Assembly (NCBI GenBank): GCA_049515895.1
Contig: JBEKTQ010000002.1
Location: 123,975 to 187,974, forward strand
Length of the DNA stretch: 64,000 nucleotides
Reading direction: 5' to 3'
Source: Candidatus Bathyarchaeia archaeon
GTDB taxonomy: Archaea; Thermoproteota; Bathyarchaeia; Bathyarchaeales; Bathycorpusculaceae
In this document: positions 41,995 to 51,825 of the stretch, piece by piece
Numbering within the stretch: position 1 is the first letter of the stretch
How the letters are laid out: every line of letters begins with the position of its first letter
The notes under the pieces: model-generated
What the model saw: the letters and a program-made list of their open reading frames with translations, nothing else
Databases searched by the model: none
Told to the model about the DNA's origin: nothing
Program-made: the position numbers and the translations under genes

Positions 41995-43242
41995 TTGAAA
42001 CTAGCCGGTGAGAACAACATGAAGTACCTTGACTTTATTGATCCAACTTACAAACCCAAGGGAACTGATTTGATCTGCACCTTTTACGTTGAACCCGAAG
42101 GCATTAGCATACAAGAAGCCGCCGGAGGAGTGGCCGCAGAAAGCTCAGTCGGCACCTGGACAGAGCTCACAACTGAACAGCCCTACGTGAAGTGCCTAGC
42201 GGCACACGTTTTCAGCATAGAAGGCAATGTAATCAAGATCGCTTATCCCATCGAACTTTTTGAGCCGGCTAACATGCCCAACATTCTTAGCAGCGTAGCA
42301 GGAAACGTCTTCGGGCTTAAAGCTCTAAGAAACCTGCGCCTCCTCGACATTGAAATGCCAAGAGCATTAGTTAGCAGCTTCAAAGGTCCTAACTACGGTA
42401 TAGTAGGAATCCGCAGCCTCCTTAAAGTCCCTCAGCGCCCGCTTGTCGGCACAATAATCAAGCCTAAACTCGGATTAAAAACAAAAGACCACGCAAAAGT
42501 GGCCTACGAAGCTTGGAGCGGCGGATGCGATATCGTAAAAGATGATGAAAACCTCAGTAGTCAATCGTTCAACCCATTTGAAGAACGACTCGCGCAAACA
42601 TTAGAGAGTCGTGATAAAGCGCAACAAGAAACAGGTGAACGCAAAGTCTACATGATTAACGTCACAGCTGAAACCAGTTTGATGATAAAGCGTGCGGAAG
42701 CTGTTGTGGCTCAAGGCGGCGAATATGTGATGGTTGACATTTTAACAACTGGTTGGTCAGCACTGCAAACGCTCAGAGACCAAAACTACAAACTTGTAAT
42801 TCACGCTCACAGAGCTGGACACGCAGCTTTCACGAAGAGTCAGCTGCACGGTATCGCCATGCGTCCTATTGCAACCGTGGCGCGCTTGATCGGAGTCGAC
42901 CAATTGCATGTGGGCACTGTCGTGGGAAAAATGTCTGAAACCAAAGTAGAAGTGTTGGAAAATATTGACGCCTGCAAAACGCCAAGGGTCAAATTGAAAT
43001 CCGTTCTACCTGTGGCTTCAGGCGGATTGCACCCGAGGCTGGTTCCCGCTTTGCTTGAAACGTTCGGCAACGATGTAATCATCCAAGCCGGAGGCGGAAT
43101 CCATGGGCACCCTAATGGAACAATGGCGGGCGCAAAAGCAATGCGACAAGCAGTTGACTCAACATTAAAAGGAGTTACGCTGAATGAGTACGCCAAAACC
43201 CACAAGGAACTCAAAGAGGCATTGGAGCAGTGGAAAGCCTAA
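41995..43242 (+). CDS. rbcL: RuBisCO form III large subunit
   Basis: AAESSVGTW, GTIIKPKLG, DIVKDDE catalytic motif, HAHRAGH, SGGLH, GGGIHGHP. Likely start is ATG 42019. Confidence 0.95.
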   Translation: MKLAGENNMKYLDFIDPTYKPKGTDLICTFYVEPEGISIQEAAGGVAAESSVGTWTELTTEQPYVKCLAAHVFSIEGNVIKIAYPIELFEPANMPNILSSVAGNVFGLKALRNLRLLDIEMPRALVSSFKGPNYGIVGIRSLLKVPQRPLVGTIIKPKLGLKTKDHAKVAYEAWSGGCDIVKDDENLSSQSFNPFEERLAQTLESRDKAQQETGERKVYMINVTAETSLMIKRAEAVVAQGGEYVMVDILTTGWSALQTLRDQNYKLVIHAHRAGHAAFTKSQLHGIAMRPIATVARLIGVDQLHVGTVVGKMSETKVEVLENIDACKTPRVKLKSVLPVASGGLHPRLVPALLETFGNDVIIQAGGGIHGHPNGTMAGAKAMRQAVDSTLKGVTLNEYAKTHKELKEALEQWKA

Positions 43243-44174
43243 AGTTGCTTAAGGATCCACGGGTAACTTCGACTCACAGTTTCTACGATTGATTGAGGCG
43301 CAACTACTCCTTCTTCACAGATTAACCCGGAAATGTAACGGCATGGAGTAACGTCAAAAGCGGGGTTACGCACCGACAGTTTTTGTGGCGCTTCACTCCA
43401 AACTTCTTTGGGATTTCGCTGCTCAATCCGCTCGTAGGCCCCACCAAGGGTTTCAGGGTCGAATTTTAGCAGTTCCGAAACCACGTAAAACGGTTTTCTT
43501 GCTTCATGCGCCAACACGGCGATGCCGCTGGTGCCTACCTTGTTAACCACGTTGCCCTCAGAAGTGATGGCGTCCGCCCCCACAACGACGAGATCAACGT
43601 CTCCCATGTATGAACGCGCAGCCGAGTCAACAATGAACATCGTTTGAACACCAAGCTCAATCATTTTCCTAGCAGTTATCCTCCCCTGGTAGGCGGGTCG
43701 GGTTTCGGTGCAGATTACACTGAAATTTTTGCCGTCAGATTTGGCTTTGGCAATCATTCTGGTTACAGTTGATGAGTGGCAATGCGTGAAAATTAGCATG
43801 CCGTCGCGGATGCGTTTGGCGCCTATTTCCGCGGTTCGTTCCCTTGAAGCTTCAAGATTCTGCAAAAACAACGCTGTGTTAGATGAAATCAGTTCGCTTA
43901 GAACATCGATTTTTTCGGTGCTGCTGTCTTGAGCTTGCATAATTATGTAACGAACGGCATTTCTCATTAGCGGCTCTGTTTCTCGTGATGCGAAAAGCAT
44001 CACTTGAGCTTCTTCGAGTTCGCGCAAAAAGGTATTCTTGTCTTTTGCCTTCGTTGTTTTCGCTAACGTTTGAATCGATTTAAGGGCTGCTATGGCAACA
44101 TTTCGTGCCCCCTGAACTTCCAGTTTCCTTATTCGTTCAGCTGTCGCTTGTACTGTTTCACTCATGATTTTCAA
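43239..44174 (-). CDS. e2b2: ribose-1,5-bisphosphate isomerase (eIF2B-like)
   Basis: THCHSSTV, ETRP..QG, VGADAI...NKVGT, NPAFDVTP; adjacent to deoA and rbcL. Confidence 0.88.
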   Translation of the reverse strand: MKIMSETVQATAERIRKLEVQGARNVAIAALKSIQTLAKTTKAKDKNTFLRELEEAQVMLFASRETEPLMRNAVRYIIMQAQDSSTEKIDVLSELISSNTALFLQNLEASRERTAEIGAKRIRDGMLIFTHCHSSTVTRMIAKAKSDGKNFSVICTETRPAYQGRITARKMIELGVQTMFIVDSAARSYMGDVDLVVVGADAITSEGNVVNKVGTSGIAVLAHEARKPFYVVSELLKFDPETLGGAYERIEQRNPKEVWSEAPQKLSVRNPAFDVTPCRYISGLICEEGVVAPQSIVETVSRSYPWILKQL

Positions 44175-44311
44175 ACCCTTGGTAAATGTCGGTTTGTGCT
44201 TGATTTATTACTTAGAAGAGAAGCATATAAGCAGATTTGTGGCAAATATGCTGCAAATCGCAATTCTGACACTATCTTGTCGCGGATAGTCTGTGGCAAA
44301 TTCTTTGATGC

Positions 44312-44755
44312 CTACGCCACAGGTTGTGCCGGCTTCTTAGATGGCTCATCTATTGGGACGGAAGATTCGTGTTTCCTTCCCGAGAGAGCATAGTAAACAG
44401 AGCCGAGTATCACGATTAAGCCTATCGTGAGCAACATGATTGCCAAAAGTGTGCCCGAAGCTATTGCGGGGTTGGTTAGTTCAAGTATCGCTGAAACGCC
44501 CACCGTAATCAGTATTAGTCCGCTGACCAAATATCTGATAAAGCCATGTTCAGCTTTCTCCTGCCTCTTGCCCTTATCTGAACTCGCGGGCTTCTGTTGT
44601 TTTACAGTCTCTTCTGCTTTTTCTTGTTTCTGCGAAGGTTCAGGTTCAGGTGCCGTTGCTGTGCTTGGTGTGTCGCCTTTGAGTTGTGTTCCGCAGTTGG
44701 GACAGAAAGTCATTGACTCCTCAACTTTAGTGCCGCATTTCAGACAGTATGGCAT
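44312..44755 (-). CDS. zinc-ribbon domain membrane protein
   Basis: YCLKCG...FCPNCG followed by two TM helices. Confidence 0.85.
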   Translation of the reverse strand: MPYCLKCGTKVEESMTFCPNCGTQLKGDTPSTATAPEPEPSQKQEKAEETVKQQKPASSDKGKRQEKAEHGFIRYLVSGLILITVGVSAILELTNPAIASGTLLAIMLLTIGLIVILGSVYYALSGRKHESSVPIDEPSKKPAQPVA

Positions 44756-44856
44756 GCAAATTCTCCATTGCCATCGTATTTTACCCGCTGTAACTATTTA
44801 AAAACATGCATTAAATACTCGAAGAGAAAGATATATGTTACAAGAGTACATAGTCG

Positions 44857-45396
44857 ATGGGGAAACAAATGGGCTTCAAAAGCAAGTTTAACACGCTAGC
44901 ACATAACATGCAAGCGCTGCCTGACAAGAAAAAAGAAAACTTGATTTCAGCCCTATACATAGGTCTCATTTTTGTCCTGCTTGCAGTACTCTACCTTATC
45001 AACGTCCACACAAACCTCTGGAACAGCTTCAATCATTTCCTCAACAATTTTATTCTAGCCACTGTTCCAGGTACAGGCCTACAATTACCTGCTCCAGAAA
45101 ACCCCGCAGCCTATATTGTCCTCTACAACGCTGCATTCCAGTTTTGCCTAGGCTTAGGCACAATTGAAATCTTCGTTTTAGTGCTCAGAGTATGGCTTAA
45201 CTCGCCTCTTCCCAGAAAGGCGGAAACAATCGAAAACCTTGTTTTCTGGCTTGGAACAAGCTACTTGGTAGCAACCTACTTGATTAATGTTACAATAATC
45301 AGTGAGTGGTTTGTATTTTGGGCTGGCGTAATTTTGATTGGCGGTTTATCCTTAGTGGCAAGATCGTTTGTTCTTATTGCAAGCCGACAGGCTTAG
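44857..45396 (+). CDS. conserved membrane protein
   Basis: 179-aa ORF with four hydrophobic segments. Confidence 0.75.
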   Translation: MGKQMGFKSKFNTLAHNMQALPDKKKENLISALYIGLIFVLLAVLYLINVHTNLWNSFNHFLNNFILATVPGTGLQLPAPENPAAYIVLYNAAFQFCLGLGTIEIFVLVLRVWLNSPLPRKAETIENLVFWLGTSYLVATYLINVTIISEWFVFWAGVILIGGLSLVARSFVLIASRQA

Positions 45397-46163
45397 CCCT
45401 TGATCTTTAGTTTCCACCAGAGCCGTGTTACTTGCCAGAACATGTTCCAAGAATCCTTGGCTAAATTGACCTTCGTGCCCTTGCCGCTCGTCCACTCCAC
45501 AGGAATCTCTTTAACCCTAAGTCCGTGACGCTGCGCCCTTACAAGGATTTCCGTATCCCAAAACCAATGAGTCGCCTCCACCTCGCTCAGCAAAACCAAG
45601 ACTGATTCTTTTTTGAAAGCTTTAAAACCGCATTGGTGGTCCCTCACCTTGGAGTTTAACATATGCCTGACCAAAAAGTTGTAGCTTTTGGAGCTTATGC
45701 TCCTGCGGATTGTCCGTTCAACCTTGCTTTCTGGAAGCATCCTCGAACCCGTCGAAACATCATACCCTTCAATCGTGATGGCGTCAACCAAGAGTTTAAG
45801 CGATTTAAGGTCGGTCGCTAAGTCCAAATCCATGTAAACCAAAACTTGACCATTACTTTCTCTAAACGCATTGTTAAGGGCAGCTCCCCTTCCTTGACGT
45901 TTTTCACGATGAATATGCCTAACGTACGAATATTTCTGCGCCAACTCTTCGGCCTTTTCTGCGGTGCCATCAATGCTGCCGTCTTCAGCAATGATAATCT
46001 CACAAGGGATTCCATCTTCTTTGAGGGTTTGACCAATTTTCGCCACGGCGTTTTCCAGTTTATCTGCTTCATTGTAAGCTGGAAGAACCACTGAAACCGT
46101 GACTGCCGACACGCCGAAAAAATTCCGTTCCGTCATGGCGCGAAGAACCAGCCTTGGACCCAC
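45393..46163 (-). CDS. GT2 dolichol-phosphate glycosyltransferase (DPM/DPG synthase-like)
   Basis: VVLPAYNE, EDGS.DGT, YMD.D, DHQCGFKAF, WFWDTE. Confidence 0.9.
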   Translation of the reverse strand: MGPRLVLRAMTERNFFGVSAVTVSVVLPAYNEADKLENAVAKIGQTLKEDGIPCEIIIAEDGSIDGTAEKAEELAQKYSYVRHIHREKRQGRGAALNNAFRESNGQVLVYMDLDLATDLKSLKLLVDAITIEGYDVSTGSRMLPESKVERTIRRSISSKSYNFLVRHMLNSKVRDHQCGFKAFKKESVLVLLSEVEATHWFWDTEILVRAQRHGLRVKEIPVEWTSGKGTKVNLAKDSWNMFWQVTRLWWKLKIKG

Positions 46164-47974
46164 TTCAGTTTATGGACATAAGAGTCAGAAACGGGCATCC
46201 CTGAAATTACTGGGTAAAAAACCACAAATAGAATTACAACCGAAGCAAAAAAGGCTATGGTAGCGACTTTCCCTAGACGTGTGTTCCAGGTCTTATTAAT
46301 GAAATAAGTTGTTGCTAAGCAGAGAAGTGGCACACTCAAATAGAAATGATAAATGTAAGTTGCCCTGGAAATTATGATGTAAGGAAGCCATGAGAAAAGG
46401 AATACAACAATAATGTATACTGCGGGCAACTCCAACTTGAAGTTCTTTTGCTTTCCTAATTTTTGTCCAGACAATCGCTTGCCCAACTTTTGAACCAACC
46501 CACTCTCATACAACACAATTCCAGTCAACGTGAGGACGCAGGCAAAGCCAACCCACCAAACCGCTGGATTACCCATCGCTGTGATTGTAGAAACCACATT
46601 ATTAGGCAAGTAAGTGATGTCAAACCATTTCGGAACAGAACCATTTATGCCATACATAAAAGGCCAAGACCACCAAGGAGACGAAGACGAGTCTTTTATG
46701 GTGCCTGACTGAAAACCAAGCATTGCATTTTGCAATGTCAAAATCTTCGAAAAAGAATCACCCGCCAACATCTCAGGAATGAATGTCAAAAAGTAAATCA
46801 CAACCGCTAAGCCGATGAAGCCTAGCAACAGCATGAAAGGGTAGTCGAAGAAGGCAACGTACTTGTCACCCCAGCCACCTTTAAGTTTTATGACACCTTT
46901 GAGCCGGTAAGCCGCAAGTAGAATGAGCAAGCCACCTGCACTAAAAATTGTAAACCACTTCGTAGAGAATCCCAACGCGAAGAAAATTACTGCCAAAAAC
47001 AATGGCAAAGCAGAAGTCTTCCACCCGTCCTTAACAACATTCATGAAATAAATTATGAAGAACAACTGTGACAGCAAAGAAAAGAAAACGACGTAGGTAT
47101 CTACAGTGCCAATCCTAGCCATAGTGAAATGCATAAAATCAAACGCGAATAGGAAGGCTGCAGAAAAACCTGCGATCCATGTTTGGAATAGTTTCTTTCC
47201 AATAAGATACATCAAAGGCACCATCAGAGTTCCAAATATCACACCCATAATTCGCCAGCCAAACGGAATTTCACCAAAAATTGCTATGCCGGAGGCTTGA
47301 ATCAATTTTCCAAGTGGAGGGTGAGTCCTCTCATTAGGTATCTGACCGTGCAGGTAGTTTTCAGCAGATCTGGCAAAATAGATCTCATCAAAATACATTT
47401 TAGACATATAATCAGGGGGGATCTGCAGCTTGTTCTGCTCATCAATCAACTTGGCTAACGTTGGGTCTGTGGTGTTTTCGCCTGTAATTGTTGGGATCGG
47501 AATTTGCCGGTTGTTCTGGCTTTGCAGGCCGATTTCAGAGATTTGGATGAAAGGACTTGGTAGTTGGTCCGAAGGATTGGGGACATTCCAATAGAAGTCG
47601 GGGCGAGAATCATAATTGGTTGGCTGAACATCAAAGCTCAAGAATTGTGTATTCGCGTTAATGCTGCATGATTGAAAAACTGAATAGTCGGTGCCTGCCG
47701 GTTGAAGAATTAATGTTCCAACGGAAGTCCAGTTTTCAGGAGACCCCGAATATATCGTCACGCTTGCGTTGCCGCTTTTAACCCAGAAGTAAACGGTTTG
47801 AATGTGTTGCATCCCGCCGAGGTTGACATAGAAACTTTCTGGTTGAGTTGCTTGCCAATTTGTTACTGGATATTGAATTGAACCCACATTCCAAGCAGCT
47901 ATTCCGAAGAAAACCAGCGAAACTAAAATGATGGTTATTACGTCTTTCTTGTCGATGTTTAATCCGAAGTTCAA
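46133..47974 (-). CDS. dolichyl-phosphate-mannose--protein mannosyltransferase-like (GT39/PMT)
   Basis: YFDE.YF, E.THPPLGK, FGWR, S.WWSWP, GNPAVWW, YIYHF motifs. Confidence 0.88.
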   Translation of the reverse strand: MNFGLNIDKKDVITIILVSLVFFGIAAWNVGSIQYPVTNWQATQPESFYVNLGGMQHIQTVYFWVKSGNASVTIYSGSPENWTSVGTLILQPAGTDYSVFQSCSINANTQFLSFDVQPTNYDSRPDFYWNVPNPSDQLPSPFIQISEIGLQSQNNRQIPIPTITGENTTDPTLAKLIDEQNKLQIPPDYMSKMYFDEIYFARSAENYLHGQIPNERTHPPLGKLIQASGIAIFGEIPFGWRIMGVIFGTLMVPLMYLIGKKLFQTWIAGFSAAFLFAFDFMHFTMARIGTVDTYVVFFSLLSQLFFIIYFMNVVKDGWKTSALPLFLAVIFFALGFSTKWFTIFSAGGLLILLAAYRLKGVIKLKGGWGDKYVAFFDYPFMLLLGFIGLAVVIYFLTFIPEMLAGDSFSKILTLQNAMLGFQSGTIKDSSSSPWWSWPFMYGINGSVPKWFDITYLPNNVVSTITAMGNPAVWWVGFACVLTLTGIVLYESGLVQKLGKRLSGQKLGKQKNFKLELPAVYIIVVFLFSWLPYIIISRATYIYHFYLSVPLLCLATTYFINKTWNTRLGKVATIAFFASVVILFVVFYPVISGMPVSDSYVHKLKWVQGWFFAP

Positions 47975-49215
47975 GTTGGCTCACCTCTCTCGACAGGCGG
48001 CAAAGGTGGCGGCGATTCAGTTTTAAGCCATGTCCGCTTATCCCACATGATTATTGAAGCATATATGAGCATTAATAAGTTAATCGCGCTCACTGCCCAA
48101 ACCACCGGATCACCAGTTAAGTTCGGAGCATAAGGATAAGCTGCGTTCAGCTTGTTCAGAACGTAGGCTTCGTTGATGAGAAAAGTCACCGTTAAAACTG
48201 CATAAATTGCAGTTGCTTTCTTGATGAAAGGAACCATCAACGCCATGGCGCTCATTGCTGGAAACAGGTACCGTTCATGGATCCTTGTTGGGAGCATGAA
48301 AAACGCAAAGAGCAGCATGAAAGCTGCGTAGACCGCCAGAAACTCGCTTGAGGTTTTGAAACGTTTGTTCAGCAGGTACAGGGTGAAAACGGTGAAGCCT
48401 CCGAATAGGACCCAGCCTAAGATGTAGAGGTTTCCGTCGGGGACCCACATGCCTGAAATCAAGCCCCATAGGTTGAAGGCGTTAATTGAAGTGTACGCGT
48501 ACCCCTTGTAAGCTACAAAGTAGATGTTGGTTAGGAAAGAGATCGGACTCCCGCCCCAGTTGAACGGAACAATAACCACAAAAACTGTCACCGCAAAGGA
48601 GACGACTGAAAGAAGCATCTGTTTTAATCCATTTTTCTTGTAAATCAGAAACGCAACCAGCGGCACCAAGGCTATTCCCTGCGGCTTAGTCAAAATGCTG
48701 AGAGCGAAGGCGGCTGCAGAAAGTTTGGGTTTGCTTCTTAAAGCAAGCATAAGAGAGAGAACAAGGAAGAAAGTGTAGATTGCGTCATACTGACCCCAGA
48801 CAGCCGCGTCATAGATAACGGCGGGGTTGAAAGTGTACAGTGCCGTCGCCAAGATTGCAAGCTTGAAACTTGACTGTCTACGAACAAAAACGAAAATCAA
48901 AATCGCCGTGCCCAGGTCAAAGATGTTGGGCGCTAACTTTACAATGTTAACTGCGTTGATGCCGACTTTTGATGCTGCGTTTGCAATGGAGCCGAAAAAC
49001 CAGAAAATGTATACGTTAAAGGGCGGATAATCTGTCCATCCGGTGTCACTGTAAAATGGTCTTATTCCATGTGTTGCCGCCGTGTTGAACCAAGAGAGAA
49101 AGTCGTTTGTGTCAATAGTGTATCCTTTGAGCGGGAACAGGGCAAGCCTGATTAGGAAGGAAACGGCAAGGGTGGCGGCTAAAATGGAGATTTCCTTTTT
49201 TGCAGTGAAGTTAAT
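47971..49215 (-). CDS. GT-C fold membrane glycosyltransferase (probable ATT start)
   Basis: WGQYD, KPQG and HERY motifs. The open frame continues 105 codons upstream of 48900, including D...F..W and DYPP, to ATT 49215 after a GGAGG SD. Confidence 0.8.
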   Translation of the reverse strand: MNFTAKKEISILAATLAVSFLIRLALFPLKGYTIDTNDFLSWFNTAATHGIRPFYSDTGWTDYPPFNVYIFWFFGSIANAASKVGINAVNIVKLAPNIFDLGTAILIFVFVRRQSSFKLAILATALYTFNPAVIYDAAVWGQYDAIYTFFLVLSLMLALRSKPKLSAAAFALSILTKPQGIALVPLVAFLIYKKNGLKQMLLSVVSFAVTVFVVIVPFNWGGSPISFLTNIYFVAYKGYAYTSINAFNLWGLISGMWVPDGNLYILGWVLFGGFTVFTLYLLNKRFKTSSEFLAVYAAFMLLFAFFMLPTRIHERYLFPAMSAMALMVPFIKKATAIYAVLTVTFLINEAYVLNKLNAAYPYAPNLTGDPVVWAVSAINLLMLIYASIIMWDKRTWLKTESPPPLPPVERGEPT

Positions 49216-49522
49216 CGCGTTTCCCCTCCGCCTTGTTGAAAATATTTGTGTTCATGGGATAAGAAGGTTTTTCAAGATTGCATTTTTGATTTTTTTTATG
49301 AATGGGGCAAACTAGAATTAAAATACTTTTTAAGTAAGGCGCAATGGACTCATCTTGGAAGGCAGAAAAACTGCTACGGGAATTGCTGCTCAGTGACCGA
49401 ATTATTATATTTGGATAATGTAAAAAAGTTTAAGGGAATATGGTAACAAATCCTTTTCCCCAGCAATTAGGTTGCCTTGACTCTGTGAGCCTTTTATGGA
49501 TTTGACTTTGCCATGAGGATAG

Positions 49523-49729
49523 CTACGTTACATATTCAACTTTTCGTTTGTGGTACCTTTTGCATTCCTTAATTATTTTTCTTGCGAATTGCGGCGGAGA
49601 GAAAAGACCTGTACCTGAAAGCCACGCAATCTCCGCTGTTCGATCATGGCGGACCTCTGTGTATTCGGGGCATCCGATGCACTGATCGGGGAACTCTTTG
49701 AAGCACAAATGTTGTACCTCCGACACCAT
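49523..49729 (-). CDS. small Cys-containing hypothetical protein
   Basis: ATG 49729 follows a GGAGG SD; C...CIGC...C pattern. Confidence 0.6.
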   Translation of the reverse strand: MVSEVQHLCFKEFPDQCIGCPEYTEVRHDRTAEIAWLSGTGLFSPPQFARKIIKECKRYHKRKVEYVT

Positions 49730-49910
49730 TCCTCCCCAATAACAACTAAGGCGGTTTAGATATTTAAGATAGCGTTCTCCGTCCTTTTGCACCATTTTTT
49801 TTGAGGTAACGAAGGAATTCAGAATGATTTTGGCGCAGAAATTTTTCTTTGTGTTTTGGGTTGCTTTCTTGGTTTGGGGTTGGGTTTGGTTGCAGGTTGC
49901 GGTTTAAAAA

Positions 49911-50010
49911 GTCTAAATTCGTCGTAAAAAGTCTACTAAAGTCTACTAACGTCAATAGAAGTCAATAGTCGTCTGCCAAAGTCAATAGTCGTCTAAAAAA
50001 GTCAACACTG
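49911..50010. repeat. 10-bp-period tandem array (GTC core, 10 units)
   Basis: GTC begins at exactly 49911, 49921, ... 50001, with divergent spacers. Confidence 0.88.
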
Positions 50011-50220
50011 ATGAGGGATTAACGACATAAGACGATGGAAAATTTTCAAATTCTCCCTAAATCTACTTAAATCTCCTCATAGCGTAACATGGAAAAGAAT
50101 TGAGGCAGCGGCCACATTTTAAGCGATAAAACTTCACCTTGAATTATGACGTCAGAATCTTCGGGAAAGTCTAATGCGTGCTGAGGAATCTATATTTAGA
50201 CTTGTTTTAGAGATTATTCG

Positions 50221-50613
50221 CTAATGACTCTGGCAGTTTTCCTTAACTCTAAACTTGACCATTTCCTTTATCAAGTCAAGCGGAACCGGTTTGTCCAATG
50301 GAAATTTGACGGTGCCCTTGACTTTGCTTACTTCATAGCCTGACAGTTTCTCTTTGAATTCCTCGATGGCCGACTCCCGCGGATAGAAACCTATGTGATT
50401 CTTGAATGCTCCAAACCAGACCAAGTTGCCATTCAGTTTGAACGCTGGCATGTTATAACTAATTGCTTCTTCTGCTTTGGGTGCGGCGTCCTTGATTGCT
50501 TGCCTTATTTGTTCTAAAACAGTTTGAACGCTCTTGGGAAAAGAAGAAATGTAATCGTCGACTGTCTCAAAATGCTTCTGCATCACTAACAAACTCCATA
50601 AGAAAATATCCAT
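50221..50613 (-). CDS. DUF1801/YdhG-like protein
   Basis: TVDDYI, EEAISYNMPAF, F.AFKNHIGFYP, KGTV.FP. Confidence 0.9.
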   Translation of the reverse strand: MDIFLWSLLVMQKHFETVDDYISSFPKSVQTVLEQIRQAIKDAAPKAEEAISYNMPAFKLNGNLVWFGAFKNHIGFYPRESAIEEFKEKLSGYEVSKVKGTVKFPLDKPVPLDLIKEMVKFRVKENCQSH

Positions 50614-50733
50614 TCTAATTATTTCGCTCAGATTTTAAATACTTATCTTGAAGCTGAGTAATGAAGTTCCCAGTCAAAGCGGTGTTTTGTATGATTAAGC
50701 CAGTTTTAGCGATGCTTATGAATTGACCCTTGG

Positions 50734-50765
50734 GGGATTTGGACCCGCGACCATTACCTTACCAA
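50734..50765 (-). repeat. partial att copy of tRNA-Thr 3' half
   Basis: GGGATTTGGACCCGCGACCATTACCTTACCAA is identical to the tRNA-Thr sequence at 57463-57494. Confidence 0.9.
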
Positions 50766-51019
50766 TGGATAAGAAAATTGGCCAAACCTCAGATAATTAA
50801 GAAAGCTCCCAATGCCATAGTTAATATTCCAGTGAAAATCACTAGCGGATTGTTAGAAACCAAGAAAAGTTGCGACCTCACTTAACGAAAGATATATTGT
50901 AACTTGTAAAATAATATTCTATACAAAGCAGTTTACATAGGCCATTCAGGCGCCATAACCGCGTGCGGTGGAGGATCAATTGAAAGTGACAATAACGGTC
51001 AATAAGTTGTAGTGATAGG

Positions 51020-51529
51020 TCACTTTGGGAGAACTGTCACGAATCCGCCCATAAATCCGATTTGATCAGGTTGTCCATCGCTGCCAGTTGTCATTGCCCA
51101 ACCCCCTGAATCGGTGTCACATGGTACAGTGCACCACCAACGGTAAACGCCAGATTGTGTTTCTGTAAACTGAAAGTGTGAAACCGCCGGAACCCCATTT
51201 ATCTGGCATCCCGGTATCTGGAAATCCACGTTCAAAGTTGGGCTCGTAAAGCTATGTTCCCCATTATCGTAGTTCACGACTGTGAGATTGACTACTTGAC
51301 CTGCATATACAGTAAAGTTACATGGAACAAAAGTATCATGAGTCTGGTTATCTGGACCAAGAGTCAAGTCACTTTGAACCAACAAGGTTATGTCTGCGTA
51401 TTTTGCAGTGTTAGAAACTGTGGTTGTGGCAGGTTTCAAATCGTACCCTATTATCGCTCCCAAAACAATAGCAGCGAGAACAACTACTATAAAACCGGCT
51501 ATTACCACACTCGTTAAGTCATTGCTCAT
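51020..51529 (-). CDS. membrane-anchored cupredoxin-domain protein
   Basis: N-terminal TM helix, PCNFTV..GQ.V.L.V.N.D..HSF, GVY.WWC..PC...M. Confidence 0.8.
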   Translation of the reverse strand: MSNDLTSVVIAGFIVVVLAAIVLGAIIGYDLKPATTTVSNTAKYADITLLVQSDLTLGPDNQTHDTFVPCNFTVYAGQVVNLTVVNYDNGEHSFTSPTLNVDFQIPGCQINGVPAVSHFQFTETQSGVYRWWCTVPCDTDSGGWAMTTGSDGQPDQIGFMGGFVTVLPK

Positions 51530-51825
51530 TAATACTATCTGCTAAAATCATATTGTATGTTAAGTTAATGACTGATCCATCTTAAAGGTCTTATGAATTT
51601 TCCAGTTTCTTGTCACACCACAAGCAACTTGCAGTTCATAATAAAAAAAGCCATCTGACCTCGGGTTGTAACATCCGAACAGCCACACAGCTTTAAGAAG
51701 TAACACCCTACATGAAATTGTTCTTAGTGTTTTCGAGTTATAGGCTTGACAATTAAGCGTGCACCAAAAAAAGAAGGAAAGCAAGAAAAATGTTTTGGGT
51801 GAGTGAATGAGTCCTAGATGAAAAG

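Noticed and set aside
49911-50010. 10-bp arrays (also 40246-40329) as CRISPR or coding repeats
   Set aside because: The period is too short for CRISPR and is not a multiple of three.
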